Below, one piece after another: positions 51,608 through 60,203 of a stretch of DNA of 64,000 nt (position 1 is its first letter; each line of letters begins with the position of its first letter). The position numbers were made by a program, and so were the translations under genes. Under the pieces are notes generated by a model. It did not search any database. It saw nothing but the letters and a program-made list of their open reading frames with translations, and was not told the DNA's origin. The stretch comes from an uncultured Clostridia bacterium (GTDB lineage: Bacteria; Bacillota; Clostridia; Oscillospirales; CAG-382). The stretch covers positions 11,579 through 75,578 of the forward strand of contig CANQTR010000001.1 of NCBI GenBank assembly GCA_947626805.1. The letters are read 5' to 3'.

Positions 51608-52087
51608 TTAGTGACCTCCCGAACAAATCAGCGTATGAACCGCTTTGGGGACGAACGCTGATGCGTCCTTCCCGTACCCCACAAGTTCCTTCACCATCGA
51701 AGAGGAAAAGGCGACGTTCTCTGCCCGAAAATACACGTACTCCAAATCGGGATTGATCAGTTTGTTTATCTCCGCAATGTTTTCCTCGTAATTATAATCC
51801 ATATTGTTGCGAAGACCTCGAATCATATATCCGGCACCGTTTTCTTTTGCAAACTCGGCAACAAGCCCGTCGCATACGCAGACGACGCAATTGCTGATTT
51901 TCATGTCAATAAGAGTTTGTTCGATTGCAGCCTTCATCTGTTCGCAAGGATACGTACGCTTCTTCTTTGCATTGACGCCCAGCACAATGTACACGCAATC
52001 AAACAGAGCGGACGCTTTTTTCACAATGTCAAGATGTCCGTTCGTAAACGGGTCGAACGAGCCGGGATAAATCGCTTTTTTACACAT
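51608..52087 (-). CDS. phosphopantetheine adenylyltransferase (CoaD)-like cytidylyltransferase-family protein
   Basis: AIYPGSFDPFTNGHLDIV (T/HxGH motif), MIRGLRNNMDYNYEE, and SSSMVKEL. These line up with CoaD across 160 aa. Start ATG 52087. Confidence 0.8.
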   Translation of the reverse strand: MCKKAIYPGSFDPFTNGHLDIVKKASALFDCVYIVLGVNAKKKRTYPCEQMKAAIEQTLIDMKISNCVVCVCDGLVAEFAKENGAGYMIRGLRNNMDYNYEENIAEINKLINPDLEYVYFRAENVAFSSSMVKELVGYGKDASAFVPKAVHTLICSGGH

Positions 52088-52592
52088 TTTCCGACGCCTC
52101 CTTGATCGTTTGCCGGATCTGCTCAAAGGAAATCGGTTGATAGCCAATCCGTTCCGCCGAAACACAGAAATGCTGTTTGCTGAAGTTTTTGAAGATCGGC
52201 GAATTATGCACATGCCCAAAAAGATTGGCGTACGGCATATTTTCGTTCACATAGACCGGTGCATGCGAGAGAATCCAGAACTCCTCATACAAAACCGGGA
52301 GGTCGTACACCTCGGAAAATCCCGCCCTTCGATAGAATTCATTGGATTGCGTGTCGTGATTTCCCTTGATCAAATATTTCGTCCCATTCAGTTTCGCTAA
52401 AATATCGGGTTCTTCACCGGCTGCCCCAAAATCGCCCAAGTGATACACCGTATCATCCCGACCGACGACGGCGTTCCAACGCGAAATCATCTCACTGTCC
52501 ATCTCGGCAACGCTTTCAAACGGTCGGTTTTCGTACCGGAAAATCGTTTTTTCGCCAAAATGCGTGTCCGCGATAAAGAATATTTTCCGCAT
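52080..52592 (-). CDS. calcineurin-like metallophosphoesterase
   Basis: FFIADTHFG, HLGDFG, GNHD and GHVH metal-binding motifs. Start ATG 52592 behind an AAAGGGGAA SD. Confidence 0.85.
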   Translation of the reverse strand: MRKIFFIADTHFGEKTIFRYENRPFESVAEMDSEMISRWNAVVGRDDTVYHLGDFGAAGEEPDILAKLNGTKYLIKGNHDTQSNEFYRRAGFSEVYDLPVLYEEFWILSHAPVYVNENMPYANLFGHVHNSPIFKNFSKQHFCVSAERIGYQPISFEQIRQTIKEASENV

Positions 52593-52627
52593 AAGGTTCC
52601 CCTTTCGGCTCGCGCTTCCGCGCGGTC

Positions 52628-53515
52628 TCATTTTCCGAACAATTTTTTGAATAGCCCGCTTCGTTTCTTCTTTTCGTTCTTTTCCTCGTTGACAGGCGTT
52701 TGCTTCTGATTGACGGACGTTTGCTCCTGTTTGATGATCGTTTGTTCCTGAATTATTGGACCCCCTCGGAGCAGAACCAAGGGCAGCAGAAGCTCCTGTA
52801 TTTGCCGAGAATTAATCAGGAAACGCTGTTCCGTCGGAAAATTTATCATCGCGTCGTCATTCTCCGAGGCGAGCATTTGCAGATACTGTTCCGCCGGAAG
52901 CCGTCTTTTCTCAAATTGATCGCTATTCGGACATTTGTCGTGCGACGTGAATATCGGGATCAGGGTTTCACGTATCGCCGCGAGATTTACCAACTGGTCC
53001 CGGTGTTCCCCCTTGCCAAACAGCAGGTACATCGGACAAAATGACAACAGGGCAAACACAAGCCCGCTCGTCCCGGCAGACCGTCCCGCTTTATGAAGCG
53101 ATTCCAACGACGCCTCCAGAATCGCGATGCGTTTCTCGTCAGAATCCTCTATTTCGACATCCGCGCCCATCTTTTGATACAACACAAATGTTTTATTATG
53201 GTGATATGTGGACGCTTCGATCGATGCTTCGAGGTCCAGCGGGACAACGGAATGAACGGTGCTTACAATGGCATCGTTGTAGAGCGGGGATTCCGATGGG
53301 ATCACGTATATCGTATCCTGCACATGAATCTCCGCATACAGATCTTCCACGAACGGACCGGTGTCCATCGTTTTGAGAATTACCGCCTTTACGTCCTCAG
53401 CCGTATAGCGTGCGATATCCCCGTTATACGTAATTTGAAAACTTTTCGGTTCTGTACCGCTCACCGCAACGCTATCGTTTTCCGATAGAACGATTACATG
53501 ATACGCTTCCAACAA
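52628..53515 (-). CDS. hypothetical protein (295 aa), possible SseB-like C-half, Lys/Gln-rich tail
   Basis: TTG start with an AAAGGAG SD. IPIFTSHDKCPN resembles the SseB-type FTS motif (weak). The tail has EQT(I/S)(I/V)(K/N)QKQT repeats. Confidence 0.65.
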   Translation of the reverse strand: MLEAYHVIVLSENDSVAVSGTEPKSFQITYNGDIARYTAEDVKAVILKTMDTGPFVEDLYAEIHVQDTIYVIPSESPLYNDAIVSTVHSVVPLDLEASIEASTYHHNKTFVLYQKMGADVEIEDSDEKRIAILEASLESLHKAGRSAGTSGLVFALLSFCPMYLLFGKGEHRDQLVNLAAIRETLIPIFTSHDKCPNSDQFEKRRLPAEQYLQMLASENDDAMINFPTEQRFLINSRQIQELLLPLVLLRGGPIIQEQTIIKQEQTSVNQKQTPVNEEKNEKKKRSGLFKKLFGK

Positions 53516-53531
53516 TTTTCACTCCTTTTCT

Positions 53532-54581
53532 TTAAACTCCCAAAAGGCTCTGATCAAACGCGAAAAGCGCTTCGTTGATCTCGAACACGTTGTAATTCCC
53601 GTTGGTGATAAAATACTCGATAATAATATCAAACTTGTTGCTGTGGGAAAGGGCGAAACCGGCTTTAAGCAGCAAATCCTTTGTTTCGTCCAGATTCAAC
53701 TCCAAGGCGATGGCAAAGGCAATCGCCGTCGTCTTGCTGGGGTGGTAGTGGACGTCGCTACGAATCTTAGAGAACAGTTTGCGGTCCACGTTGGCTTTCT
53801 TGTAGCACTCGCTGTCGGTCATGCCCTTCTCATCAATTTTACGTAGTAGCGCCTGGGAGAAGCTCTCGTCCTCCTGCTTCAGCAGGTCCTCCAGAGAGCG
53901 GCTCACGGTCCGCTTCTGAAAGGAAATTCCCTTGCTTGCAGTCGCGGCGCCTTCCCGAAAGGACTCCCGCGAAAGCGTCGCCTGTTCCGACTCCCCAAAA
54001 ACGGTACTCTCGCCCCATTCGTCCCGCTGGGTTCGGCGGGAAACGAAATGCGTATCGACGTACTTGTCGTCGATAAAGGCGGTGATGTCCGCAAACAGCT
54101 TTTCGCCGATTTGGAACGACGATTTATCGAACATAACGAGGTAGACCAGCATGTCGTGTTCGAACAGAAATCCCGTGATGCAATCCACCGCGACCTTGAG
54201 CGCCCGGTCCTTCGGGTAGCCGTACACGCCGGAGGAGATCAGCGGAAACGCGACCGATTGGCAATCGTGTTCCAGCGCAAGCCGCAGCGATTCACGGTAG
54301 CAGCTTTCCAGCAGTTCCCGCTCCCCGGTCTGCCCACCGTTCCACTTGGGTCCGACGGTGTGGATTACATATCTGCAGGGCAATCGGTACCCGCCGGTAA
54401 TCTTCGCCTGCCCGGTTTTGCAACCGCCGAGTTTCATACATTCCTGCAGCAGCTCTTTCCCGGCAGCTTTATGAATCGCGCCATCCACCCCGCCTCCACC
54501 GAGCAGGGTGGCGTTCGCCGCATTGACAATCGCGTCACAGTTCAGTTTTGTGATGTCGTTACGAATGATTTGTAATGGCAA
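53532..54581 (-). CDS. macrodomain (ADP-ribose binding/hydrolase) protein with C-terminal HTH-like domain
   Basis: IIRNDITKLNCDAIVNAANATLLGGGGVDGAIHKAAG, VIHTVGPKW, and AFPLISSGVYGYP. C-terminal MTDSECYKKANVDRKLFSKIRS...KTTAIAFAIALELN resembles an XRE-type HTH. TTG start. Confidence 0.85.
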   Translation of the reverse strand: MPLQIIRNDITKLNCDAIVNAANATLLGGGGVDGAIHKAAGKELLQECMKLGGCKTGQAKITGGYRLPCRYVIHTVGPKWNGGQTGERELLESCYRESLRLALEHDCQSVAFPLISSGVYGYPKDRALKVAVDCITGFLFEHDMLVYLVMFDKSSFQIGEKLFADITAFIDDKYVDTHFVSRRTQRDEWGESTVFGESEQATLSRESFREGAATASKGISFQKRTVSRSLEDLLKQEDESFSQALLRKIDEKGMTDSECYKKANVDRKLFSKIRSDVHYHPSKTTAIAFAIALELNLDETKDLLLKAGFALSHSNKFDIIIEYFITNGNYNVFEINEALFAFDQSLLGV

Positions 54582-54641
54582 TGAATAACCCCCTCTCTTT
54601 TTAACATCTACAAGAGTGAATTTTGGTTTTTCTTTGAGGCT

Positions 54642-54676
54642 CTGCCCCTATGATAGAAATCTCCTATCATAGGCAG
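54642..54676. promoter_or_regulatory. inverted repeat (candidate operator) upstream of the macro-HTH gene
   Basis: CTGCCCCTATGATAG-AAATCTC-CTATCATAGGCAG. The core TATGATAG/CTATCATA halves are perfect 8-mers separated by 7 nt. Confidence 0.4.
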
Positions 54677-55193
54677 AACTTTTTAAGCATTGTAAAATTT
54701 CCCCCCCGTCATTTCTCGGCATTCGATTACTTTATGTTTTTGCTTTTTTGTAGCATATCCAATTTTAAGAAGCCAGAAATTTATACCTGGATTCATTTTC
54801 ATTATACAGCGAGGCGTTGTCATTGTCAAGATATCGGTTACATATTTTGGCGAAAATGACACATTTTTTCGATAGTATGCAAGGGCATATGAATCGGTTT
54901 TCTGCATATTGAAATAAATACTTTAAAGTTCGCCAAACCGCCTATTCATGGCTTATCACGGTTTTCGTATAAGTTTCAAGCGCGAAGACCCTGCTGTAAT
55001 ATTTTGTCTCAAATTTTCAATTCCGGCGTTGTCGTAAACAAAGAAAGAGCCGTGCCTAGTCAGAAAAGCGACTTGATCCGGTTTTCTTCATGAAAAATAA
55101 TTTGGATTTCCGCAATCGCGAGCGTTTATTCATATGCGGGTTTTCAAGAATCTGTCGGGATCGTACACGAAGACCCCGCCAAACGCCGCGGGC

Positions 55194-55222
55194 TTGACAA
55201 AATACGACGCTTGCGGTATACT
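55194..55222 (+). promoter_or_regulatory. SigA-type promoter (distal)
   Basis: TTGACA (55194-55199), a 17-nt spacer, then TATACT (55217-55222). Confidence 0.5.
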
Positions 55223-55345
55223 ATTTATTGTATGATATATTATGTATATTGTACCATAGAAATGTGAGGAAATCTACCGCCGATTAAAATTGTTTGCTTG
55301 ATTTTTGTATGGTATAATAATCACCTTGGCATAAGCAAAAAATTT

Positions 55346-55374
55346 TTGACAAAATTTTGCGTCCATAGTACAAT
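55346..55374 (+). promoter_or_regulatory. SigA-type promoter (proximal) of the CAP-domain gene
   Basis: TTGACA (55346-55351), a 17-nt spacer, then TACAAT (55369-55374), 58 nt before ATG 55433. Confidence 0.6.
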
Positions 55375-55432
55375 CCAAGATAGAATTATACTTTCTTGTA
55401 AAAACAAATCCTATTAGGAGGGGAAATTTCGC

Positions 55433-57115
55433 ATGAGAAAGCGCCTCATAACGATTATCCTGTCGGTGTTTTTCACGTTGTCAATCTTTGCAACAGCATC
55501 AAATGCCGCAGGCACGCTCAAAGTATTGCCAACTACCGTAGACACACCAAAAGCAGGCTGTACATTTTTAGGAATTGAAGGAAAGTACATCACACAAATT
55601 CAAGAAGCGTTGGACCGTATCAATGAAATCCGTAAGGAAGCCTGCACGGAAGGCGTTATCAATCCCGCAACCAACAAACCTCTTACAAAAAGCGATTATG
55701 TACCGATCCAATGGTCGGCGGGTCTTGAATATATCGCAAGAATCCGCGCCGCCGAGGCAAGCCTGACGATGGATCACGCGAGAACCAACGGCGAGGGAAT
55801 CTGGTTCAGCAGCCCAAACGGTACGAGTAGTTTCGCGGAGGTCATCGCATGGAACTTCGGCGAGACTATGACCGATGGCATAAATCAGTGGTACGGAGAG
55901 AAATACGATTGGGTAAATAAGACGGGCGGGGTTACCGGGCACTATACCTCTTTGATAAATCCGCAATATCGCTATGTGGGTCTTGGAACATTTTGTTCGA
56001 GAACTACCAAGTATTACAACACTACGGCAGGTGAATTTTGTTTTTCCGACTCCGACAGTTCCCGCGGGAGTTCTACAGGAACAATCATTCAGACGCTTGA
56101 AGTTACAAACGACAATATCTCTTATGAAATAAATTGCCCTGACAAAATCAGCAATTCGGAGAAAGTATCCGTTACCGCGACGGTGTCTTTTTCCGACTAT
56201 TGGGGAAACCCGCTGACTACGAAAGGTCTTGTTTTACTGGATGACGCCACGGATAAGGTCAAATGGAGTTCGTCAAATGACAACATTGTTGTATCAAATG
56301 GAATCCTAACAATCCAATCGTGCGGAAAGGCGGATATCACCGCCGAACTTCCCAACGGGAAAAAAATAACCAAATCCGTTTCCGCTGAGCATTCCTATAA
56401 AAGCGCCGTGACGAAAGCCGCAACCTGTACGGAAGACGGCGAGAAAACGTTTACCTGCTCTGTCTGCAAAACCAGTTATACCGAACCGATAAAAGCAACC
56501 GGGCATACTTATTCGTCGGAATGGACGACCGACAAAGCCGCGACCTGCACTTCGGAAGGTTCTAAATCCCACCATTGCACGGTGTGCGGCGCAAAAGGCA
56601 ACGTCACGCCGATTCCCAAAACGGAGCACAGCTACGGTGATTTTGTCGTAAAACAGCAGCCAACCGCAACGGAAGATGGCGTCGAGGAACGCGCTTGCTC
56701 TTCCTGCGGCTCTATAGAGCAACGCACGATTGCAAAACTTTCTTCGTCGGGAACGTCATCCTCGTCAAGCACAAGCAGCCAGTCGAGCAGCGACAGTTCG
56801 TCAAGTTCATCGGTCGCTTCAGAGTCTGCGGAAAGCGAACCGACCGATTACAGCGATTCGTCATCCGAGAGCGGCTCGGTTTCAGTCACTTCTTCAATCG
56901 TCGAAAGCAGCGGTATACAAACAAACGGCAGTTTGGACAGTCAAAGCGGTTCTTCCGAACCAGATATGTCGGACAGTTCACAAAACGGCAGCAATACGGA
57001 CAACGGAAACGTTCGGTTTATCGTGGGAATTTCTTTGATAGTCGTACTGCTCGCGGGCATAGTAGCGGTAACAATCGTCTTGGTCAAGAAGAAAAAGAAC
57101 CGCAACTTACAATAG
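55433..57115 (+). CDS. secreted CAP/SCP-domain protein with Ig-like domain, three Cys-pair repeats, Ser-rich stalk and C-terminal TM anchor
   Basis: Signal peptide. CAP-like block HARTNGEGIWF...GHYTSLINPQYRYVGLG. Big_2-like block KVKWSSSNDNIVVSNGILTIQSCGKADITAEL. Repeats ATCTEDGEKTFTCSVC, ATCTSEGSKSHHCTVC and EDGVEERACSSC. Poly-Ser region, then a TM helix followed by KKKKNRNLQ. Confidence 0.8.
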   Translation: MRKRLITIILSVFFTLSIFATASNAAGTLKVLPTTVDTPKAGCTFLGIEGKYITQIQEALDRINEIRKEACTEGVINPATNKPLTKSDYVPIQWSAGLEYIARIRAAEASLTMDHARTNGEGIWFSSPNGTSSFAEVIAWNFGETMTDGINQWYGEKYDWVNKTGGVTGHYTSLINPQYRYVGLGTFCSRTTKYYNTTAGEFCFSDSDSSRGSSTGTIIQTLEVTNDNISYEINCPDKISNSEKVSVTATVSFSDYWGNPLTTKGLVLLDDATDKVKWSSSNDNIVVSNGILTIQSCGKADITAELPNGKKITKSVSAEHSYKSAVTKAATCTEDGEKTFTCSVCKTSYTEPIKATGHTYSSEWTTDKAATCTSEGSKSHHCTVCGAKGNVTPIPKTEHSYGDFVVKQQPTATEDGVEERACSSCGSIEQRTIAKLSSSGTSSSSSTSSQSSSDSSSSSSVASESAESEPTDYSDSSSESGSVSVTSSIVESSGIQTNGSLDSQSGSSEPDMSDSSQNGSNTDNGNVRFIVGISLIVVLLAGIVAVTIVLVKKKKNRNLQ

Positions 57116-57239
57116 CAAATTGCAAGAAAGCAAGAGTCCGGCAGAACCCGACCACCGATTGATTATTTGACAAAAAGAATTTTTTCTGATATAATGAATC
57201 CACGGCGAAAGGCGGACAAAAGCGAGGTGTAAACGGTTC

Positions 57240-58181
57240 ATGAACATCAACAATATCAATTTCACGTCCTTTATCCGTGTGGCGGAGGCGGGCAGTTTCA
57301 ACAAGGCCGCCGAGGAACTATACATCACTTCCACCGCACTGATTAAACAAATCAATCTACTGGAAAACGATTTAGGCGTGCGGCTCTTTGACCGGACGCA
57401 TCGGGGACTGACGCTGACGAAAGCCGGTGAATCCCTTTACAAGGACGCCAAGTACATCACGGACTACTGCCGGGAAGCGGTCGAACGTGCAAAGAGCGCG
57501 GAGCGCGAACAGGAGCAGGTGATCCGCATCGGCACCTCGCCCATGACGCCCGCCCAGCTGCTCACCGACCTCTGGCCGCAGATCCACAAGCACTGTTCGG
57601 ACGTCAGCTTTCAACTGGTTCCGTTTGAAAATACCCCGGAAAACGCCAGAGAGATTCTGAAGAATCTCGGTGATAAAATCGATGTGGTGGCGGGAATCTT
57701 CGATGAAACCATGCTGAAATTGCGGGAATGCGACGGCTTCGAGATTTCAAAGGAACCGATCTGCCTTGCCGTGTCCATCTATCACCCGCTGGCCGGGAAG
57801 GACAAGCTGACGGTCGAAGATCTATACGGGCAGACCCTGATGATCATGCACCGGGGCTGGAGCCGACAGATGGACGAAATTCGGGACGACCTGACCGCAC
57901 ATCACCCGGAAATCACGCTGGAAACCTTTGATTTTTACAATGTGGAAGCGTTCAATCGGTGCGAGCAGGAGAAAAAAGTCCTGCTGGTGATCGGGAAATG
58001 GTCCTGCGTCCACCCGATGCTGAAGGTGCTTCCCGTCGAATGGGACTATGCCATTCCCTTCGGGATCCTTCATTCCCCCGCGCCGACCGAATTGCTTTCC
58101 CGCTTCCTTTCCGCTGTGCGACAGGTGACAAGCGAAAATCAGTGGAATTGTCAAGAAAAGTGCAGTCGAAAGATTCCCTAA
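57240..58181 (+). CDS. LysR-family transcriptional regulator
   Basis: HTH region FIRVAEAGSFNKAAEELYITSTALIKQINLLENDLGVRLFDRTHRGLTLTKAGE, followed by a substrate-binding domain. Confidence 0.9.
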   Translation: MNINNINFTSFIRVAEAGSFNKAAEELYITSTALIKQINLLENDLGVRLFDRTHRGLTLTKAGESLYKDAKYITDYCREAVERAKSAEREQEQVIRIGTSPMTPAQLLTDLWPQIHKHCSDVSFQLVPFENTPENAREILKNLGDKIDVVAGIFDETMLKLRECDGFEISKEPICLAVSIYHPLAGKDKLTVEDLYGQTLMIMHRGWSRQMDEIRDDLTAHHPEITLETFDFYNVEAFNRCEQEKKVLLVIGKWSCVHPMLKVLPVEWDYAIPFGILHSPAPTELLSRFLSAVRQVTSENQWNCQEKCSRKIP

Positions 58182-58582
58182 AAGAATAGCGGTAACAATG
58201 CACCCGAATTGACGAAGTGGAACGTAGCGGAACACAGAAAATTCGAGTGCGACGCGCCGCGTGGCATCAGACCGCTTTCGGCATGTTTTCCTTCGCCCGT
58301 TCGCGGTATGCAACCGGCGGTGGCCCGCCGGGATTGAACGAGGTTACGCGAATTCGATTGTAGTATACAAATACATAACGAAAGATAATGATCATGACCT
58401 GTTCACGCCATTTTGCAGGAAAAAATCGGGAGCGTATTTTTGAAGATCCTCGAATGCGCCGGGATGTACAAGCGCACCGATGAAGGAAAAGCGGCTTTTA
58501 TGCGGTTTGTAGCCTTTGTAAATGAAACGGCGTAAGTTTTTTCATAATTTAACTCTCCAACTTATAACATCGGGAGAAATAT

Positions 58583-59056
58583 ATGAAATTTACATGGGTA
58601 GATTATAGTCCGGCGTATTTTGAAACCGTTGATTCCTGGCTGGACAATGAAGCCCGCCGCGAACTCGGTTTTGACGACGGCGGATGGAAAGAATATTGGG
58701 AATATTTTATGCACGACGAGTTATACCAACCGGGCAAGAATTTCTGGTGTAAAGTAATTCTGGACGGTGATAAACCGTTTGCCGTCATTGGACTGGGTTT
58801 AACAGATGATAGAGAGTTAACTATGCCGGAGTATCTCGTTGCACCAGACATGAGAAACCAAGGCTATGGTTCAGCAGCACTGCGTGAGCTTCTGGAATTT
58901 GGTGACAAAATTCTCGGGCAAGAATTTGTTTCTGCCAGAACCGTCATATTTCCTGACAACATTGCGTCACAAAAAGCATTCGAAAAGGCCGGATTCAAAT
59001 ACAATCGAAGTTTCCCGGACGATGGCACGCAGATTTATTTATACCAAAAACAATAA
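58583..59056 (+). CDS. GNAT-family N-acetyltransferase
   Basis: LVAPDMRNQGYGSAALRELLEF (acetyl-CoA-binding Q/RxxGxG/A motif) and ASQKAFEKAGFK. Confidence 0.85.
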   Translation: MKFTWVDYSPAYFETVDSWLDNEARRELGFDDGGWKEYWEYFMHDELYQPGKNFWCKVILDGDKPFAVIGLGLTDDRELTMPEYLVAPDMRNQGYGSAALRELLEFGDKILGQEFVSARTVIFPDNIASQKAFEKAGFKYNRSFPDDGTQIYLYQKQ

Positions 59057-59066
59057 ATATTAAGAA

Positions 59067-59084
59067 AAGGGGCTGTCGCCCCTT
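59067..59084. terminator. short GC hairpin after the GNAT gene
   Basis: AAGGGGC-TGTC-GCCCCTT. There is no long T-run, so the call is weak. Confidence 0.35.
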
Positions 59085-59412
59085 CAGTCTGTCGAAGAAC
59101 CCCAAAATTCAAGCGAAATTGGGGTTCTTTGATGTAAGTTTTTCGGAAGGAAGTAAAAACAGACAACTAAGTTGAAAACGAGCGAGCTTTTTTGAAACAG
59201 GCGGAAAGGGTTGGAGGTTTTCCACCTGTGAATTTCATATTTTTGAGTTTCCGCAACAAACTTAAGCCTGACCCAGTTGGTAACTTGGGCTAAGTCCCGA
59301 TATGGAGTATATCGCATCGCGTATTTTCTTTTGCGTCCGCAAATACTCTCTCGATAGTTTCTTTTCGTCGGTCATATACTGAGCTTTTTTCGCCTGAGTT
59401 ATAACCTTTAGG
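59084..59412 (-). mobile_element. C-terminal remnant of an IS1182/IS5-like (DDE_Tnp_1_6) transposase, frameshifted and 5'-truncated
   Basis: One minus-strand frame reads ...GEKSSVYDRRKETIERVFADAKEN. After a shift in an A-rich run the next frame reads MRYTPYRDLAQVTNWVRLKF. Joined, these give the conserved ERVFADAKEKxxMRYTxYRGLxxV block. The upstream 400 codons or so are missing. Confidence 0.7.
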
Positions 59413-59558
59413 TTACAACTCATGAACGAATCGAGACTTCTCAAAAGGTATCGATATTTTTTATAATGAAATCGTGGATCGCTGTATTGCACCCACAGGA
59501 AGTGGCGTTTTGGAAAGAACAAATGGAATAAGAATTTTCAAATACACGGAGGTACCCT

Positions 59559-60182
59559 ATGAAAAAGAAAGTTTGGATCATGATCGGAATTATCGTCGTT
59601 GTCGTGGCAGCAGCGGCGCTGCTTCTCCCTCGGCTCTTTGGCGGCTCCCATAGAGGAATCGACAACGAACCGGAGGCAAGCGTCGCCGGAGAGAGCAAAA
59701 TCCTCGTCGCCTACTTCTCGTGGTCGGGAAACGGGCAGCAGATGGCGCGGTGGATCGCGGAGGAAACGGGCGGCGAGCTGTTCCGCATCGTCCCGGAGGA
59801 ATCCTACGGCGAGGATTACGGGGATTGCGTCGACCGGGCGAAGGACGAACTGGACCATGAAATCCGTCCCGCGATTTCCACCCATATCGACGAAGCCGTT
59901 ATGGCGCAGTACGACACGATTTACCTCGGTTTCCCCATCTGGTGGAGCGACCTGCCGATGCCGGTCTGGACCTTCCTCGAAGAATACGACCTCTCCGGCA
60001 AGACGATTATCCCGTTCTACTCCCACGAGGGAACTTCCAGCGGCGGGAACAGCCTGAACCGGGTTCGCGAACTTGCGGAAGGCGCGACGGTGCTGACCGA
60101 CGAGGCGTTTTCCGTTCGCGGTTCCTCCGTCCCGGATTCCGAGGCGGAAGTCAAGGAATGGGCGTCCGGGGAATTGCAATGA
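59559..60182 (+). CDS. membrane-anchored flavodoxin-like protein
   Basis: N-terminal TM helix IMIGIIVVVVAAAALLL, then ILVAYFSWSGNGQQMARWIAEETGG and YLGFPIWWSDLPMPV...GKTIIPFYSHEGTSSG. Confidence 0.8.
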   Translation: MKKKVWIMIGIIVVVVAAAALLLPRLFGGSHRGIDNEPEASVAGESKILVAYFSWSGNGQQMARWIAEETGGELFRIVPEESYGEDYGDCVDRAKDELDHEIRPAISTHIDEAVMAQYDTIYLGFPIWWSDLPMPVWTFLEEYDLSGKTIIPFYSHEGTSSGGNSLNRVRELAEGATVLTDEAFSVRGSSVPDSEAEVKEWASGELQ

Positions 60183-60203
60183 TCCGGGAAGGGGGACGCG
60201 ACG

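Noticed and set aside
58240-58540. A possible IS3-family (rve) integrase C-terminal relic on the minus strand (…VFVYYNRIRVTSFNPGGPPPVAYRERAKE).
   Set aside because: Only a loose YYN-x-x-R...P-x-x-YR resemblance over about 30 codons, with no supporting upstream DDE motifs. Too weak to call without a database search.
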